IMG/VR virus record: IMGVR_UViG_3300002835_000037
Source of the DNA: an uncultured virus (IMG/VR IMGVR_UViG_3300002835_000037)
Taxonomy: Duplodnaviria; Heunggongvirae; Uroviricota; Caudoviricetes
Length of the DNA: 64,000 bases
Strand: one strand, 5' to 3'
Positions 23,701 to 32,800 of this stretch are shown here, piece after piece. Within the stretch, counting starts at the first letter, position 1, and every line of letters starts with the position of its first letter. Both the position numbers and the translations under genes were made by a program. The notes below the pieces were generated by a model that did no database searches, was not told the DNA's origin, and worked only from the letters and a program-made list of their open reading frames with translations.

Positions 23701-24159
23701 ACCATTCCAAAACATGGGTAAAACAGCTTGTGATATTGATCTATACATATCACCTGCAAAATTTGTATTTTCATTTTTCCAAGATTCGTTGTTAAACAAT
23801 GGATGGAAATCAAGCTTACCTGGTACTGTAAATTGTTTGTATCTTTCATAATAAGCACCAGAAGGACCAGAGTTATATGAATATACTTTAGCCCATTCAT
23901 TATTATCTTCATTTGCATTAGTTAATGACTTACTATAATCTCTTAATGCAGCAACTTTAGCATCAAAATCTTGCTGTGTATAAGAAGATGAAGGCGGTTT
24001 TTTAGAAGGCATGGGACCTGGAGAAACACCAGTAATTCTTTGCTTAACCTGCATAGGATCAGGAAAAGGTTTTACTGTACCTAAGCTTGAAGGTATAGGA
24101 ACTTGATTAGGATTAGAGTATGTATCAGCTACACTCTTTTCAAAACTATTTTCTTTCAT
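17791..24159 (-). CDS. Giant virion cargo/ejection protein (about 2122 aa) with a PD-(D/E)xK nuclease-like domain
   Basis: GAMDLVAFD..KIIDIKTG..YRLQQSIY motif; helical/coiled-coil body; second Met (24159) preferred over 24174 because the overlap with the upstream gene is shorter. Confidence 0.78.
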   Translation of the reverse strand: MKENSFEKSVADTYSNPNQVPIPSSLGTVKPFPDPMQVKQRITGVSPGPMPSKKPPSSSYTQQDFDAKVAALRDYSKSLTNANEDNNEWAKVYSYNSGPSGAYYERYKQFTVPGKLDFHPLFNNESWKNENTNFAGDMYRSISQAVLPMFWNGFKSTWSSTARIFNQGDFLGEDGQLAREYATINAKNYSSKDNLGSFANNLIINAGYTFGIMATALAENWIGAGISAFTGAKTITQKSANLLWKEYQAGKGIDGIKAYSQALEEFKDINKVREAWDKSNRIGRFQKAVTSPVGRVLNPLSNLTDNAYAILNSTDDFNGYLQSGRTFMNTAGAAYRDFRNINMAIAEARLESGMVYNTLIEDLYNKFYNETGRAPSDDEMQGIINQAKRGSYETSFWNVGLIYATNKISFDNILNPRIGTQGFLRQRIIDWKTVGGGRFGELGNVVFDVAKNEWKFAERGFATWWNGWKTDPFYKSVWGTVGYLKANISEGIQETLQETISGANEKYYKDTFHSATVRKNLVTKAAFGKDSTPLSYYGRKLKEMTTTKEGFATFASGFAMGSLTGGLNKSMTFLYENANKIFDKGTYQEYVQEKSKIATDLVEKMNAFGVEEFVNSRLFNGGAQEILAKVQEGGNKKKVMDAETESLVNHITMLNEYGVLDLYLDAIGSYVDMTNPEFKEAFPKIPENEISKYKARIGEVVNKAKTIKQKLDFYDKLYPNPINLSRYTKEEEDYEDAYMMHEMWELGKKSAVFYGEVFDDVRERMTGIMNKHYDERALQGMSKRQSDIILRPEEMKNEIGLLKNEANNLIAVGDPESKKMAKEKLKEAEALQKYLNAYDEFTDYYHRDRYYNRAKSILQSQKAEGETVTDTEIEEFLDDKFGPKNADIESEVLLNLEKEYNNLLRSISGKPDDYLFTNTVDDAFELVMDFYKLNDESRQMVDLINVMNDPKGFIDVFERNYKWMTNLWLKRGDYYRDIVTQELSNIEDNGLLNFLAQQGIFMEANDFILYRDENKPPKEFYDERKGLVIPEGSIAYDRYFQVLTDYKALKELGDMAKDESKKAELELRIAQLVERRDTQLEKLRQQLEEDLVATTGRTREEWEKMQPAAAEGRTQEEIDAEIKDFKANLTLIDDAKNADEVFELYNAFSEQGLIPENWEEIKNAAINNNKKEAKKFLKSLDPSIEQEERLRATEMKFGLLQVLEDKIAELTAEEPVAEADTTPPIETTDAWKSYQKQVDITIKRYETLIDKLKAQRTFDEEDSGKPAAAPAKKEAKKDVSTSSTWNELPEDLQAELQAAFDIYLVETLKKPKDFQRINPNQYEIIRGNWLETQKDVIRTYNERAFDEESAMPTIKYLTFKKPITEYGLTQLRTMRKELEAILDRNNINGRPLNNTEKAAIKNDINELQKYLNYLRANYTPKTNTERVFRIFEEMVINKQDNISRILDAEGNTIGYEFPGVDGKPMRVTKLTEEIENKMTNKPPFLYEAVQEPYTDKDGKQRGGQLLNLFRELKTDTAIKSDTERLNLFMAGLETTVKGGKLAQLKSQRKLDKIKNALTNNFTEEVLIAVVKDVAYDESTIAGNTIDTMVRASFRISQEGGFVRPEKPAGMSQQAYDNLFGEFGMITELQDAVIDGKYIILSEDVIIYDQSLLESGIVGAMDLVAFDTETGNLKIIDIKTGKQGNWNNFNKEGSFNKKLTYRLQQSIYRALLFNMTGELAKSISILPIAITTDMDGNILSAESAAKNVNNEAIRELRNKILSLKKASKPDEAKIKELESKIKELEKATTVPLEPIPDATLAEYGVVMKAPVLPDNLKSESVGKKSVTPELTEDQKKAEITKLKRRRTDLNKKLAALPDGGIIAMGDMVTFSPEYTSLKNKLEQVEKELAKLEQVAKEPTVDEEIESEINALKKGVKDVFPEPESITSKEFKKILADIRNSKTLDELEKAYTDAILMIMAESDVVFSDLVENVYNIRKMALNTNTSEENISEGEYLISKKPIFDGPANQVVVVKEIKDGKVIVNQVEDIINGKPRRKTLTQKQVENDFIKTTEEALNQEEIEIMEPTPEEKENSNISKSSIKEFSENPELINKAKENAGMSKKDRMAALKNKSKEDNINNCKPK

Positions 24160-27100
24160 ATTGCCTTCTTTCATTATTTTGAGAGTATTCTAGTTGAGGA
24201 GCAAACTCGTTAAAGAATTGGGTTCTATCTTGTCGAATGTTTGTTCCCATATTTTTAAGATTTTGCACATCATCTATTATAACCATACTGTTAGTTGTAG
24301 GATTGTAAACAGGATATTTTTTAATAACTGTATATGCACCTGGATTAAACATATCTGTTTTATAAGTAATAGAATAATCTTTGTATCTAGGATCCGTATA
24401 AGTTACTCCTTTATCTCCGGCTTGTTCAATTCTTATTTGTTCTGGTGTTTTATAAGAATTTCTAAACATAGCAAGATTTTGTAATTTTGAAGCATCCGTA
24501 ATAAATGTTATACCATTTGCTAATATAGACTGATAAGCTTTCTCATCTAAGCCTTCAATTTTTGTAATGCTTTTTGTTGGAGCAAATTGTTTTAAATAGT
24601 CTTCTGGTAACTTAAATGTAATTGAAGCTTTAGATGCATCATATCCAGCAAAAGGAGTAACACTTACATTAAATGCAGGCATTCCTTTTTCACCAGCTTT
24701 ATTAAATACATCTCGTATTATTGTATTAAAAATGAACCTATTAGTAGCAATACTTCCTTCAACACCATCTTTTCCAAAATCTTCTTTTGTAGTGTTTGGA
24801 CCGCTTAATGCAACATAAGCATTATCACCTGATGGATCCAAAGTAATATTTCTTATAGTTTTTTTTATTTCTAAAAAATGGTTATAGGTGGGAGTCATAA
24901 GTCCAGGAACAATTTTAATTGATGCTCCTGATCCTGCATAATAACCGGTACCTTTTTCTCTATAACCCAGACCATAAGTATCCAAAGTTCTACCAACTGT
25001 GCCAGCTGTTACATTTCTAAATCTATCTAGAAAACCAAGTTCTTTATCAGATACTGCATGATTTGAAGCAGGTACCCCTGAAGAAAGCAAACTATTTTCA
25101 ACAAATTGTCCATACATATCTATCATAGCATTATACTCATCTTCTATTGTTCTAGCTTCCCCCCATCCTCCATAAGAAGGAGTTAGTAATGTATAACTAG
25201 ACATGCCATCACTAAAATAATTTTTGATATAACTAAAAAGTCCTTTTCCAAGATAACCGGCTCCTCCTGCAACCGCTCCAGCACCAAAACCAGCTACACC
25301 AGCAGGTGCCATGCCAGGTCCTGAAGGAGAAGCTACAGCCATAGAATAGCCCGCACCAGCAGTAGCAGCTGCCATAACAGTATTCATAAAACCTCCAAAC
25401 GTTATAGCATCATCTTTTATAACATGATCAGGATTCCATTTAGCTACATTTTCTAAAAAAGCTTCAGGACTTGTAACAAAATTTAAATCTTTATCAAAGA
25501 AAAACTCGGCATAGTTAAACCCATCTGCTTTTAGTTTATCTTTTACTTCAGTAGCCCATTCAATCTTAGCAGCTCTATAAGCTTTTTTAACAGATGCATA
25601 GTCTTCTAACTCATGAGCAGAACTAACCAATCCTCCTATAGTAGAACTATTTTTAATATTAGGATCATCTTTTTTCTTTTCTATAACCGTATTCAATCTT
25701 TTAGAAATACCAGCAATTTGGGTAGGAGATAAATCTATCAATGATAAATCTGCTAAGTTTTCTAAAGTTATCTGATTTTGTAAATTAACTGTTGGACTCC
25801 CGGCTTCTAATTCAAGTTTTGTTACATAAACCCCAGCTTGCCTTAAAGCGCCATAGGCAGCAGGATCTTCCTCATAGCTACCCGCTCCTTTCTTTTCATT
25901 GGCTTGCAACCAAGCCATCATGGGTGCCATGTTAAAGTTTAAACCACTTTTTTTAGATCCTGGACCTATAAGAATTTCATAAAGTTCTCTGTCAGATAAA
26001 ACACCTTCTTTATTTAACTCATCAATTGTTTTAAGAATGTAAGTTTTAGTATTATTAGCTGTTTGCGTATAAAGATCATTTGTTCTATCCAACATAGCTC
26101 TAGGATCAGCACTTTCAGTAGAAGAGTATGCAGAAGGATCTGATTGAACATCGTTTAATTCTGGTATAGGTTTTACCTCACCTGTTTTAGGATCCTTATA
26201 GTGAGTACCATTATTTATTTTTGTTTCTTCTTCTTTTTTATCAAAATCTAGAAGATACTTAAAATAAGCAACTTCTTTTTGAGCATCTGTTCTTTGTCTA
26301 ATCAAAGAAGAATCATAAAGAAATTTCTTTTTCATTACAGCAAAAGGATTTGGGTCAACCGTTTGCTCATAATTAATATATGCAAAACTTCTTGCAGCTG
26401 CATCAAGATCTACTTGAAGTAAAGTTGAAGCTGTAACAGCATCAACTCTAGATCTAAGTTGATTTATGTCATCTGTAGAAAGTTTAGCTCCTCCTGTAGT
26501 TGATAGAGTTCTATTAACATTATCTGTTATTAAACTCATGTCATTTTCATTTTGCTTTATCATTTCTGCTAACTTGTCATTAGCATCACGATATCTTTGT
26601 AAAGTTTCATTAGTAGAGCTATTATCCGTACCATCTATTAAAGATTGCTCTAGTTTACTGATCATCTTGTCATTTACTTTTTTCTCACTCAGTAGAGAAC
26701 CCCGGATTAATTCTGTCTGGTTCTGAAGCACAGACAAAGTATTGTTTAAATACTTTTTTTCTGTTAATTCAGCATTCCCACCAAACTCCGGATTATCTTT
26801 ATTAGACATTACATAATCTTTTCTTTCAAGATAAGCTCGCGTAGCATAAACTTCTTTTACTCTAGGATCTTTTCCTAAAACTGAATAAAAAACACTTTGT
26901 AGAATTGGAATAGCAGGTTCCCCATTCTTTTCAGTAATTATCCAATCTCCTTGTGGAGTTGTTCTTTTAATATTAAGTTTTAATTTAGAAGCTATATCTA
27001 ATGCTTCTTTTTCTACATTGACATATGGAGTATATTTTACATCTCCAAATCCTGTTAACTGATCATAAGGTGTTTCTTTAAATTCTTGAACTTTATAGTC

Positions 27101-27535
27101 AATAGCTCTTAAACCTCCATCCCAATATTGAGAATAAATTTTTTCATCGGTAGATACTCTTTTACCTTCTCCTAAAGCTCTTTCAAACCCTACATTTTTA
27201 GTAAAGACCATGTCTCTCATAAGACTCTTATCTTCATAAAAAGGTCTGAATAACTGTGTTGCCTGCTGAACATTCTGCTCTAAAGAGAGATCTAAACCTG
27301 TAATCCTTTTTAAATCAAAGTCAATTCTCTTTAATGTATTATCTCTTCTGTTTACACTTTCATCATGAGTAAGTGGGGCATTTAAGATTTGTCCATAAAT
27401 ATTATTTAACCTTTGCCAGTTCTGATCATATTGAGTTTGTTTTAACTGCAATATATTTGCAGCAAAATTAAAATCAGGCTGATAAGGCTGATAATCCGGA
27501 ATAAAAGTTGAAACCCCTTGTGGATATGTTGCCAT
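24146..27535 (-). CDS. Virion cargo/ejection protein (1129 aa) with a Gly/Ala-rich putative membrane-inserting segment
   Basis: Long ORF; MAAATAGAGYSMAV..GVAGFGAGAVAGGAGYLG at about 25230-25410; lies in the cargo block. Confidence 0.7.
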   Translation of the reverse strand: MATYPQGVSTFIPDYQPYQPDFNFAANILQLKQTQYDQNWQRLNNIYGQILNAPLTHDESVNRRDNTLKRIDFDLKRITGLDLSLEQNVQQATQLFRPFYEDKSLMRDMVFTKNVGFERALGEGKRVSTDEKIYSQYWDGGLRAIDYKVQEFKETPYDQLTGFGDVKYTPYVNVEKEALDIASKLKLNIKRTTPQGDWIITEKNGEPAIPILQSVFYSVLGKDPRVKEVYATRAYLERKDYVMSNKDNPEFGGNAELTEKKYLNNTLSVLQNQTELIRGSLLSEKKVNDKMISKLEQSLIDGTDNSSTNETLQRYRDANDKLAEMIKQNENDMSLITDNVNRTLSTTGGAKLSTDDINQLRSRVDAVTASTLLQVDLDAAARSFAYINYEQTVDPNPFAVMKKKFLYDSSLIRQRTDAQKEVAYFKYLLDFDKKEEETKINNGTHYKDPKTGEVKPIPELNDVQSDPSAYSSTESADPRAMLDRTNDLYTQTANNTKTYILKTIDELNKEGVLSDRELYEILIGPGSKKSGLNFNMAPMMAWLQANEKKGAGSYEEDPAAYGALRQAGVYVTKLELEAGSPTVNLQNQITLENLADLSLIDLSPTQIAGISKRLNTVIEKKKDDPNIKNSSTIGGLVSSAHELEDYASVKKAYRAAKIEWATEVKDKLKADGFNYAEFFFDKDLNFVTSPEAFLENVAKWNPDHVIKDDAITFGGFMNTVMAAATAGAGYSMAVASPSGPGMAPAGVAGFGAGAVAGGAGYLGKGLFSYIKNYFSDGMSSYTLLTPSYGGWGEARTIEDEYNAMIDMYGQFVENSLLSSGVPASNHAVSDKELGFLDRFRNVTAGTVGRTLDTYGLGYREKGTGYYAGSGASIKIVPGLMTPTYNHFLEIKKTIRNITLDPSGDNAYVALSGPNTTKEDFGKDGVEGSIATNRFIFNTIIRDVFNKAGEKGMPAFNVSVTPFAGYDASKASITFKLPEDYLKQFAPTKSITKIEGLDEKAYQSILANGITFITDASKLQNLAMFRNSYKTPEQIRIEQAGDKGVTYTDPRYKDYSITYKTDMFNPGAYTVIKKYPVYNPTTNSMVIIDDVQNLKNMGTNIRQDRTQFFNEFAPQLEYSQNNERRQYERK

Positions 27536-27593
27536 AGTATTTTATATATTGTAAAACTATTAAAATTTATTAAGTTTACTAAACTTACAAAGT

Positions 27594-29861
27594 TTATCTC
27601 ATGAACGGATAGATAGTATCACCATAAATATAACCACCATATTGTGCTCTATTCATCCTAGCTTCTTTGTATGCCATATCAAATGCTTTTGGATAATCTC
27701 CTGTTTTAGAAAGATAATATTCAATTCTATCTTCAAAGCTAGCACCTGTTCCACCAACAAGAGGTTTTTCTACTCCAGTAGGATAAATAAATCCGTAGTC
27801 ATAATCAGTACCATACTGAGGTGTTGTAACTCCTAAATTTTGTCTAGCTGTCATTTCAGCATTAGCATCCATAACAGCTTGAGCTGTATTAAACAAGCGT
27901 CTATTTTTATTAGCTGTTTCAGTATCTTGTCTTACTCTTTGAGATTCTAAAGCTTGTTGCATAGCTTGAGCTCTTGCTAGATTATTAGTATTTTCTATAG
28001 TAGCATTTTGAACATTCAAAGTATTTTGTCTATCAACATTTCTAGATGCTACATTTGCAACAGCATCCATAGCAGCCCTAACTGATTTGCCAGCAATATC
28101 TTTTAACATTGATTGCTTCTTACCAGTTGGTCCAGCCATACCCTGCATTACAGCAGTTTGTAAAGCTGAATTAGCAGCTAGTGCTTGGTCAACTTTGGTT
28201 TGATATTCTTCATAAGCTCCTTCAACCCCTCTAGCGCTTGGTAAAACCACATTGGAAGCCGCAGGGCTAGTTCTCATAGCCATGTTTCTGAGAATGTTAA
28301 GTTTAGCATTTTTACTCCATCTTGGAGAATCCATAATACTTTGAGCAGATACTGTACCTTCTGAAAGTTCTCCTTGTGAACCATCTTCACAAATACAGTC
28401 TTCTTCTTTTTCAATAGGGTATTCTGTAACTTCTCCTGTTACAGGATCTGTACATTTACAAGTAAGAGTTTCTACATTTTCATTTTCAGCAGCTTCTACA
28501 TTTTCATTTTCTATATCTGTATAAATAGCTTCTTCTTCTAATATAGGTGCTTGAACTTCACAACCTTTAAGTGTAGCTGCAGCAGCCGGACTTAACCCAG
28601 CATAAGCAACAACTTCTTCAGCTGTTTTACCATAGTGAAAAGAACCTGGAGTTTGCATGTTTCTACAAAGATCCTTTATTAAATTAGGATTACTTCCCGA
28701 ACCTCTAGGAGCTCTAGTGCTTGTGTACTCTTTTCTTTGTATTTGACCAGTTTTTTTATTGTATTTAAATTCACCTTGAGCATCTCTTCTAATTTCCCAG
28801 TCAGATGCTTGGTAAACTCCTGGCTCAACAGCTCTTGCAGTAGCTGGTCTTTGTTGAACTTGACTATTACCGGGTCCTTCAAATTTAGGAACTCCTCCGT
28901 AAGCCATTTGTTCAGGTTGATATGGAAAATCATAACCACCCATTTGCATACCGTACATTGCATAAGGCACACCACCATAAGCCATCATGCCAGGTTCTTG
29001 CATCATACCTTGTTGCTGCATCATTTCTGGTGGCGGCATTGAACCAGCACCAGCCATTTGTTGCATCATATCTGGTGAAGCCACTGGAGCTCCACTAGGC
29101 ATTTGTTCAGGGTAAGCCATTTCTTCTTGACCCATCATTTGTTCTTGCCCCATCATTCCTGCTTCAGGAGCCATCATGGGCTGACCTTGAGATTCCATTG
29201 ATTGAGCTAAAGCATCTGCTTGTTCTTTTAATTCAGGCATTAAATCTTCTTCAGAAATTCCATTAGCCTCCATATAAGGCTTGGCCATTTCCGGAATACC
29301 TTGAGGAAAACCTTTCATAGATTCTTGCACTAAAGCTAAAGCACCTAACTTCATGATATAGTTTTTAATCATGATAGTAGCAGTATTTCTTTCTAACTTA
29401 CCAGTGTCAGGATCTAATAAAATTCCTTTATACTTACTTATATTATATGGTTTAGCAAGCTCGGCCGGAGTGTGACCCCCTTTCTTAGGAGTCTTGTTAA
29501 ACATTGCTAATATAGCCGGATCATTTATCCTTAAAGAGGCAGTATCACTAAATACAAATGTATCGTCAGGAAGATTCAAAGGTACTCCTCCTTCATGATG
29601 TCGTTTACCTGCAATCTTAATATGATCAGGAATACTTTGACCACTAATAGGACCAAAGGCAGTCTCACCACCTTCAGCTTCTAAATTAGCATCTTCTCTA
29701 GGCACAGCTGACATAGATTCATTTACACCACCATAACTTTTTTTGTCTGATTCTCTATAATCAGCTCCACCAAAAGCTCCTGGTTGTAATGATAATGAAC
29801 CTTCAACTTGTTTGCCATATGCAGCCTTATCTAAAGGCAATTGTTTAATTCTAACTTTCAT
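27594..29861 (-). CDS. Putative virion cargo protein (755 aa) with a Met/Gln/Pro low-complexity tract and xYGG motifs
   Basis: Long ORF; N-terminal NLEAEGGE..GKRHHEGGVPL..FVFSD domain; MAYGG twice, MQMGG, AQYGG. Confidence 0.7.
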   Translation of the reverse strand: MKVRIKQLPLDKAAYGKQVEGSLSLQPGAFGGADYRESDKKSYGGVNESMSAVPREDANLEAEGGETAFGPISGQSIPDHIKIAGKRHHEGGVPLNLPDDTFVFSDTASLRINDPAILAMFNKTPKKGGHTPAELAKPYNISKYKGILLDPDTGKLERNTATIMIKNYIMKLGALALVQESMKGFPQGIPEMAKPYMEANGISEEDLMPELKEQADALAQSMESQGQPMMAPEAGMMGQEQMMGQEEMAYPEQMPSGAPVASPDMMQQMAGAGSMPPPEMMQQQGMMQEPGMMAYGGVPYAMYGMQMGGYDFPYQPEQMAYGGVPKFEGPGNSQVQQRPATARAVEPGVYQASDWEIRRDAQGEFKYNKKTGQIQRKEYTSTRAPRGSGSNPNLIKDLCRNMQTPGSFHYGKTAEEVVAYAGLSPAAAATLKGCEVQAPILEEEAIYTDIENENVEAAENENVETLTCKCTDPVTGEVTEYPIEKEEDCICEDGSQGELSEGTVSAQSIMDSPRWSKNAKLNILRNMAMRTSPAASNVVLPSARGVEGAYEEYQTKVDQALAANSALQTAVMQGMAGPTGKKQSMLKDIAGKSVRAAMDAVANVASRNVDRQNTLNVQNATIENTNNLARAQAMQQALESQRVRQDTETANKNRRLFNTAQAVMDANAEMTARQNLGVTTPQYGTDYDYGFIYPTGVEKPLVGGTGASFEDRIEYYLSKTGDYPKAFDMAYKEARMNRAQYGGYIYGDTIYPFMR

Positions 29862-29870
29862 ATTTTAAAG

Positions 29871-32800
29871 TTATATAAATTCTATTTTTCCACCAGCAGC
29901 CAGTATTCTTCCTATTTCATTTTGATCAAGATCGTATACACCACCCTCTTTATATTTTATCTGACCTCCTTTTTTAACAAAAGAAGCATTTCCAACAACT
30001 CCTGTAAAGGTAGGTGCTCCAACAGATCTTTGAGTAAGTCCGCTATAACCTCCTCTATAATCTAAATTATTTGTAAATGCCATATTATCTGAAGTAGTTC
30101 TATCACGCAGATATTGATCTTGATATCTATTATCAAAAGCTCTACTTGCTTCTTGAATGCCTACACCTGCTGCACCCATTATATTAGCAATATTACCGGT
30201 GTCTAATGTTCTAGCTTTCTTAAGATTATAAGTTGCTGTAAAATCTTGAGGTCTAAAGCTTGGATCATAACACATACTGTTAGGATCCATTTTTTCAGAA
30301 TCACTACATTGACTAGCTGTTTGATTATTAATATTAGGATCAAAAGCATTAGTGTTTTCTGGATTTACTTCACTATCACCTGGACCTTGAAATCTATACA
30401 AATCATTATACTCAGGTATATAACCACCAAATGCCATATAAGGTTTATCAACTGTAGGACCTGCTGTATTTTGAATAGTGTTTTGCCAACTAGCATCAAA
30501 ATCTTTTTCAGGAAGTGTTAATTGACTTTGCATATATTGAGCAGGAGTAATGTTTTGTTCTGGTATTGTAGCTCCTGGTTCAATAGATGTATTTGTGGTA
30601 GGAACAGCAGATTCCGGAGTTACCGAAGGTGAAGGTGCTGTACCGGCATTAGGGTTAGTTGGATCAATCCATTTTCCGGTTACACTTAATGTTCTTTTAC
30701 CAGACCACCACGGTCCTTTTTCATATTTATAGTCATATCTGTAACCAGGTTTTGTAGGATCCATTTGAGCTTGTGTAAAAGGTTGCCCTGCATTAACACC
30801 AGGTTGAAATATTTGACCATCTGCTGTTCTAGCAGGACCTGCTTGAGAAGCCCACATAAAGTCATAGTTTCTACCAGTTTGAGGGTTTCTTTGAAATGGT
30901 GAAAACATTCCTCTTATCTGCTGTCCTACAGAAGGAGCAGTAGGATACTGCCCTCTCAATTGAGGGGTTTGACCTCTCATTTGAGTATTTTTATTTGGCT
31001 CGCCCGGTTGTCCTGTTAAATCAGCCATTCTTCTTTGAAGAATTTGTTGGTAAACTGGATCATTAAGATTAGCATTATAAGAGGTCATGTTCTGATTACC
31101 TTGTGCATTTCTGTTCATCCATTCATTATACTCAACAAGAGCTTCTTTTTCTACTTTTCTTTTTAACCAATTATTGTAGTCATTACTATTTTGACCAGAA
31201 TTTCCCTGTGGAAAACAATTAGTGTGGGTACATATGTCATTTACTTGGCTATTACCTGTACCTTGATATTTATATAAACCACCTTTTTTAAACATGAATG
31301 GATCATCTACATCTTTACTTGACATGTAATCATCTTCATATTCTAAGATTGGGCTATCTGGCATTTCATTACCTCCGTAGACAAATCTTTGTAGGTTTCC
31401 GTATTCATCACTAAAAGGGTTATTTACAGTACCTCCTGATTGGAATTTGCTTCCATATTTTTCCATAGCACTTTGTAATAATGAAGGATAATAATTTGTA
31501 TAATCAGGAGTATCCTCATCAGTAAACCTTTCAATAATGTCATTTAACCGGTAATCCCAAGGAGCCATTTCCTCAGAAGATAAGTCCTTATTTCTTTCGT
31601 TATAATAGTTAACTAACTCTTCATGTGACATACTATTTAAAACATCCTGAGTTATATTCTCATTCATTGCAATTAATATATCTTGAGGATTTCTTCCGGA
31701 TTTTATGTGATAGTCAATTAGTTGTGCTTTTACCACATCAGAGAGTTCATCAAACCTTGGTATTTGAGCTCTAACAGCTTCTACTTGTTCTGCTGTTGGA
31801 TTGATAACAGGAGTAACATTAGGAGTTGTAACCACTGGGTCATTTACAACAGGAATATTAGACTCGGGTACCACAGCATTAGTTGAAGCAGGAACTATAG
31901 GAGTAACACCTGGTGTAACAGGTTTTGTAGTTGTACTTCTTATAACTTCACCAGGATATTGTCTTCTAGTATCGTATGTTGTAGTTTGAGGTACATACCC
32001 AGATCCATAATTAGTACCCATTCCTCTTCCCATGCCCATACCCATGCCCATAAACATTTCAGCAGGAATTCCTTCAGCAGTCCATTCCCTTTTACCTGAC
32101 CACCAAGGACCCTTCTTAAAACTCATGTTTACTAGTGGTCCAGGAACATTCATCTGAGTAGCCTGTTCTGGAGATGCTTGTCCAGACATTACATTAGGAG
32201 ATATCATTTGTAAATAGTTAGGCATTCCAGGAACTCCTATATACCCAACTGCAATATCTCCAAACATCTTTTGCCAATCTTTATTTGCTTGCCTAGTTTC
32301 TCTATCTGCAGCTCTTTGTTCACGGCCTTTTCTTGCCATAGGCATTTCATAACCAGGACCATGAACCTGATTCATTGGTTGTTTAAATATATTAGATAAA
32401 GCTGAAGAATAAGCTTGCAAATGATGCATAGGATTTTCAATATCCGTTTCCTGCATGTTCATATTATTTACTTCTACACCTTCTTGAGCCATTGGAGATA
32501 GTCCACTAACTTGTTGTTGAAGTTGCATTGTTTTATCATAGATATCTTTAGCATAATGCTCATTACCTAAATCTTTAATACCTCTTCTAAAATTATTTAC
32601 TTTAGATTGTCTACCACCTATAGGAGTATCTCTAATATCACCTATATTAGATTCTGATTGTTCCATACCCTCAGAAGCTTTCTTTAGTTTTCTTAAAGTA
32701 TCTTTAACAAACTTCTTTTTACTAATGGTTCCTCCCTTTCTCTGTAAAGAGAGAGCCCGTTCATCCTCTATAGCTAGATCATCTTCATCTTCAAAACCAG

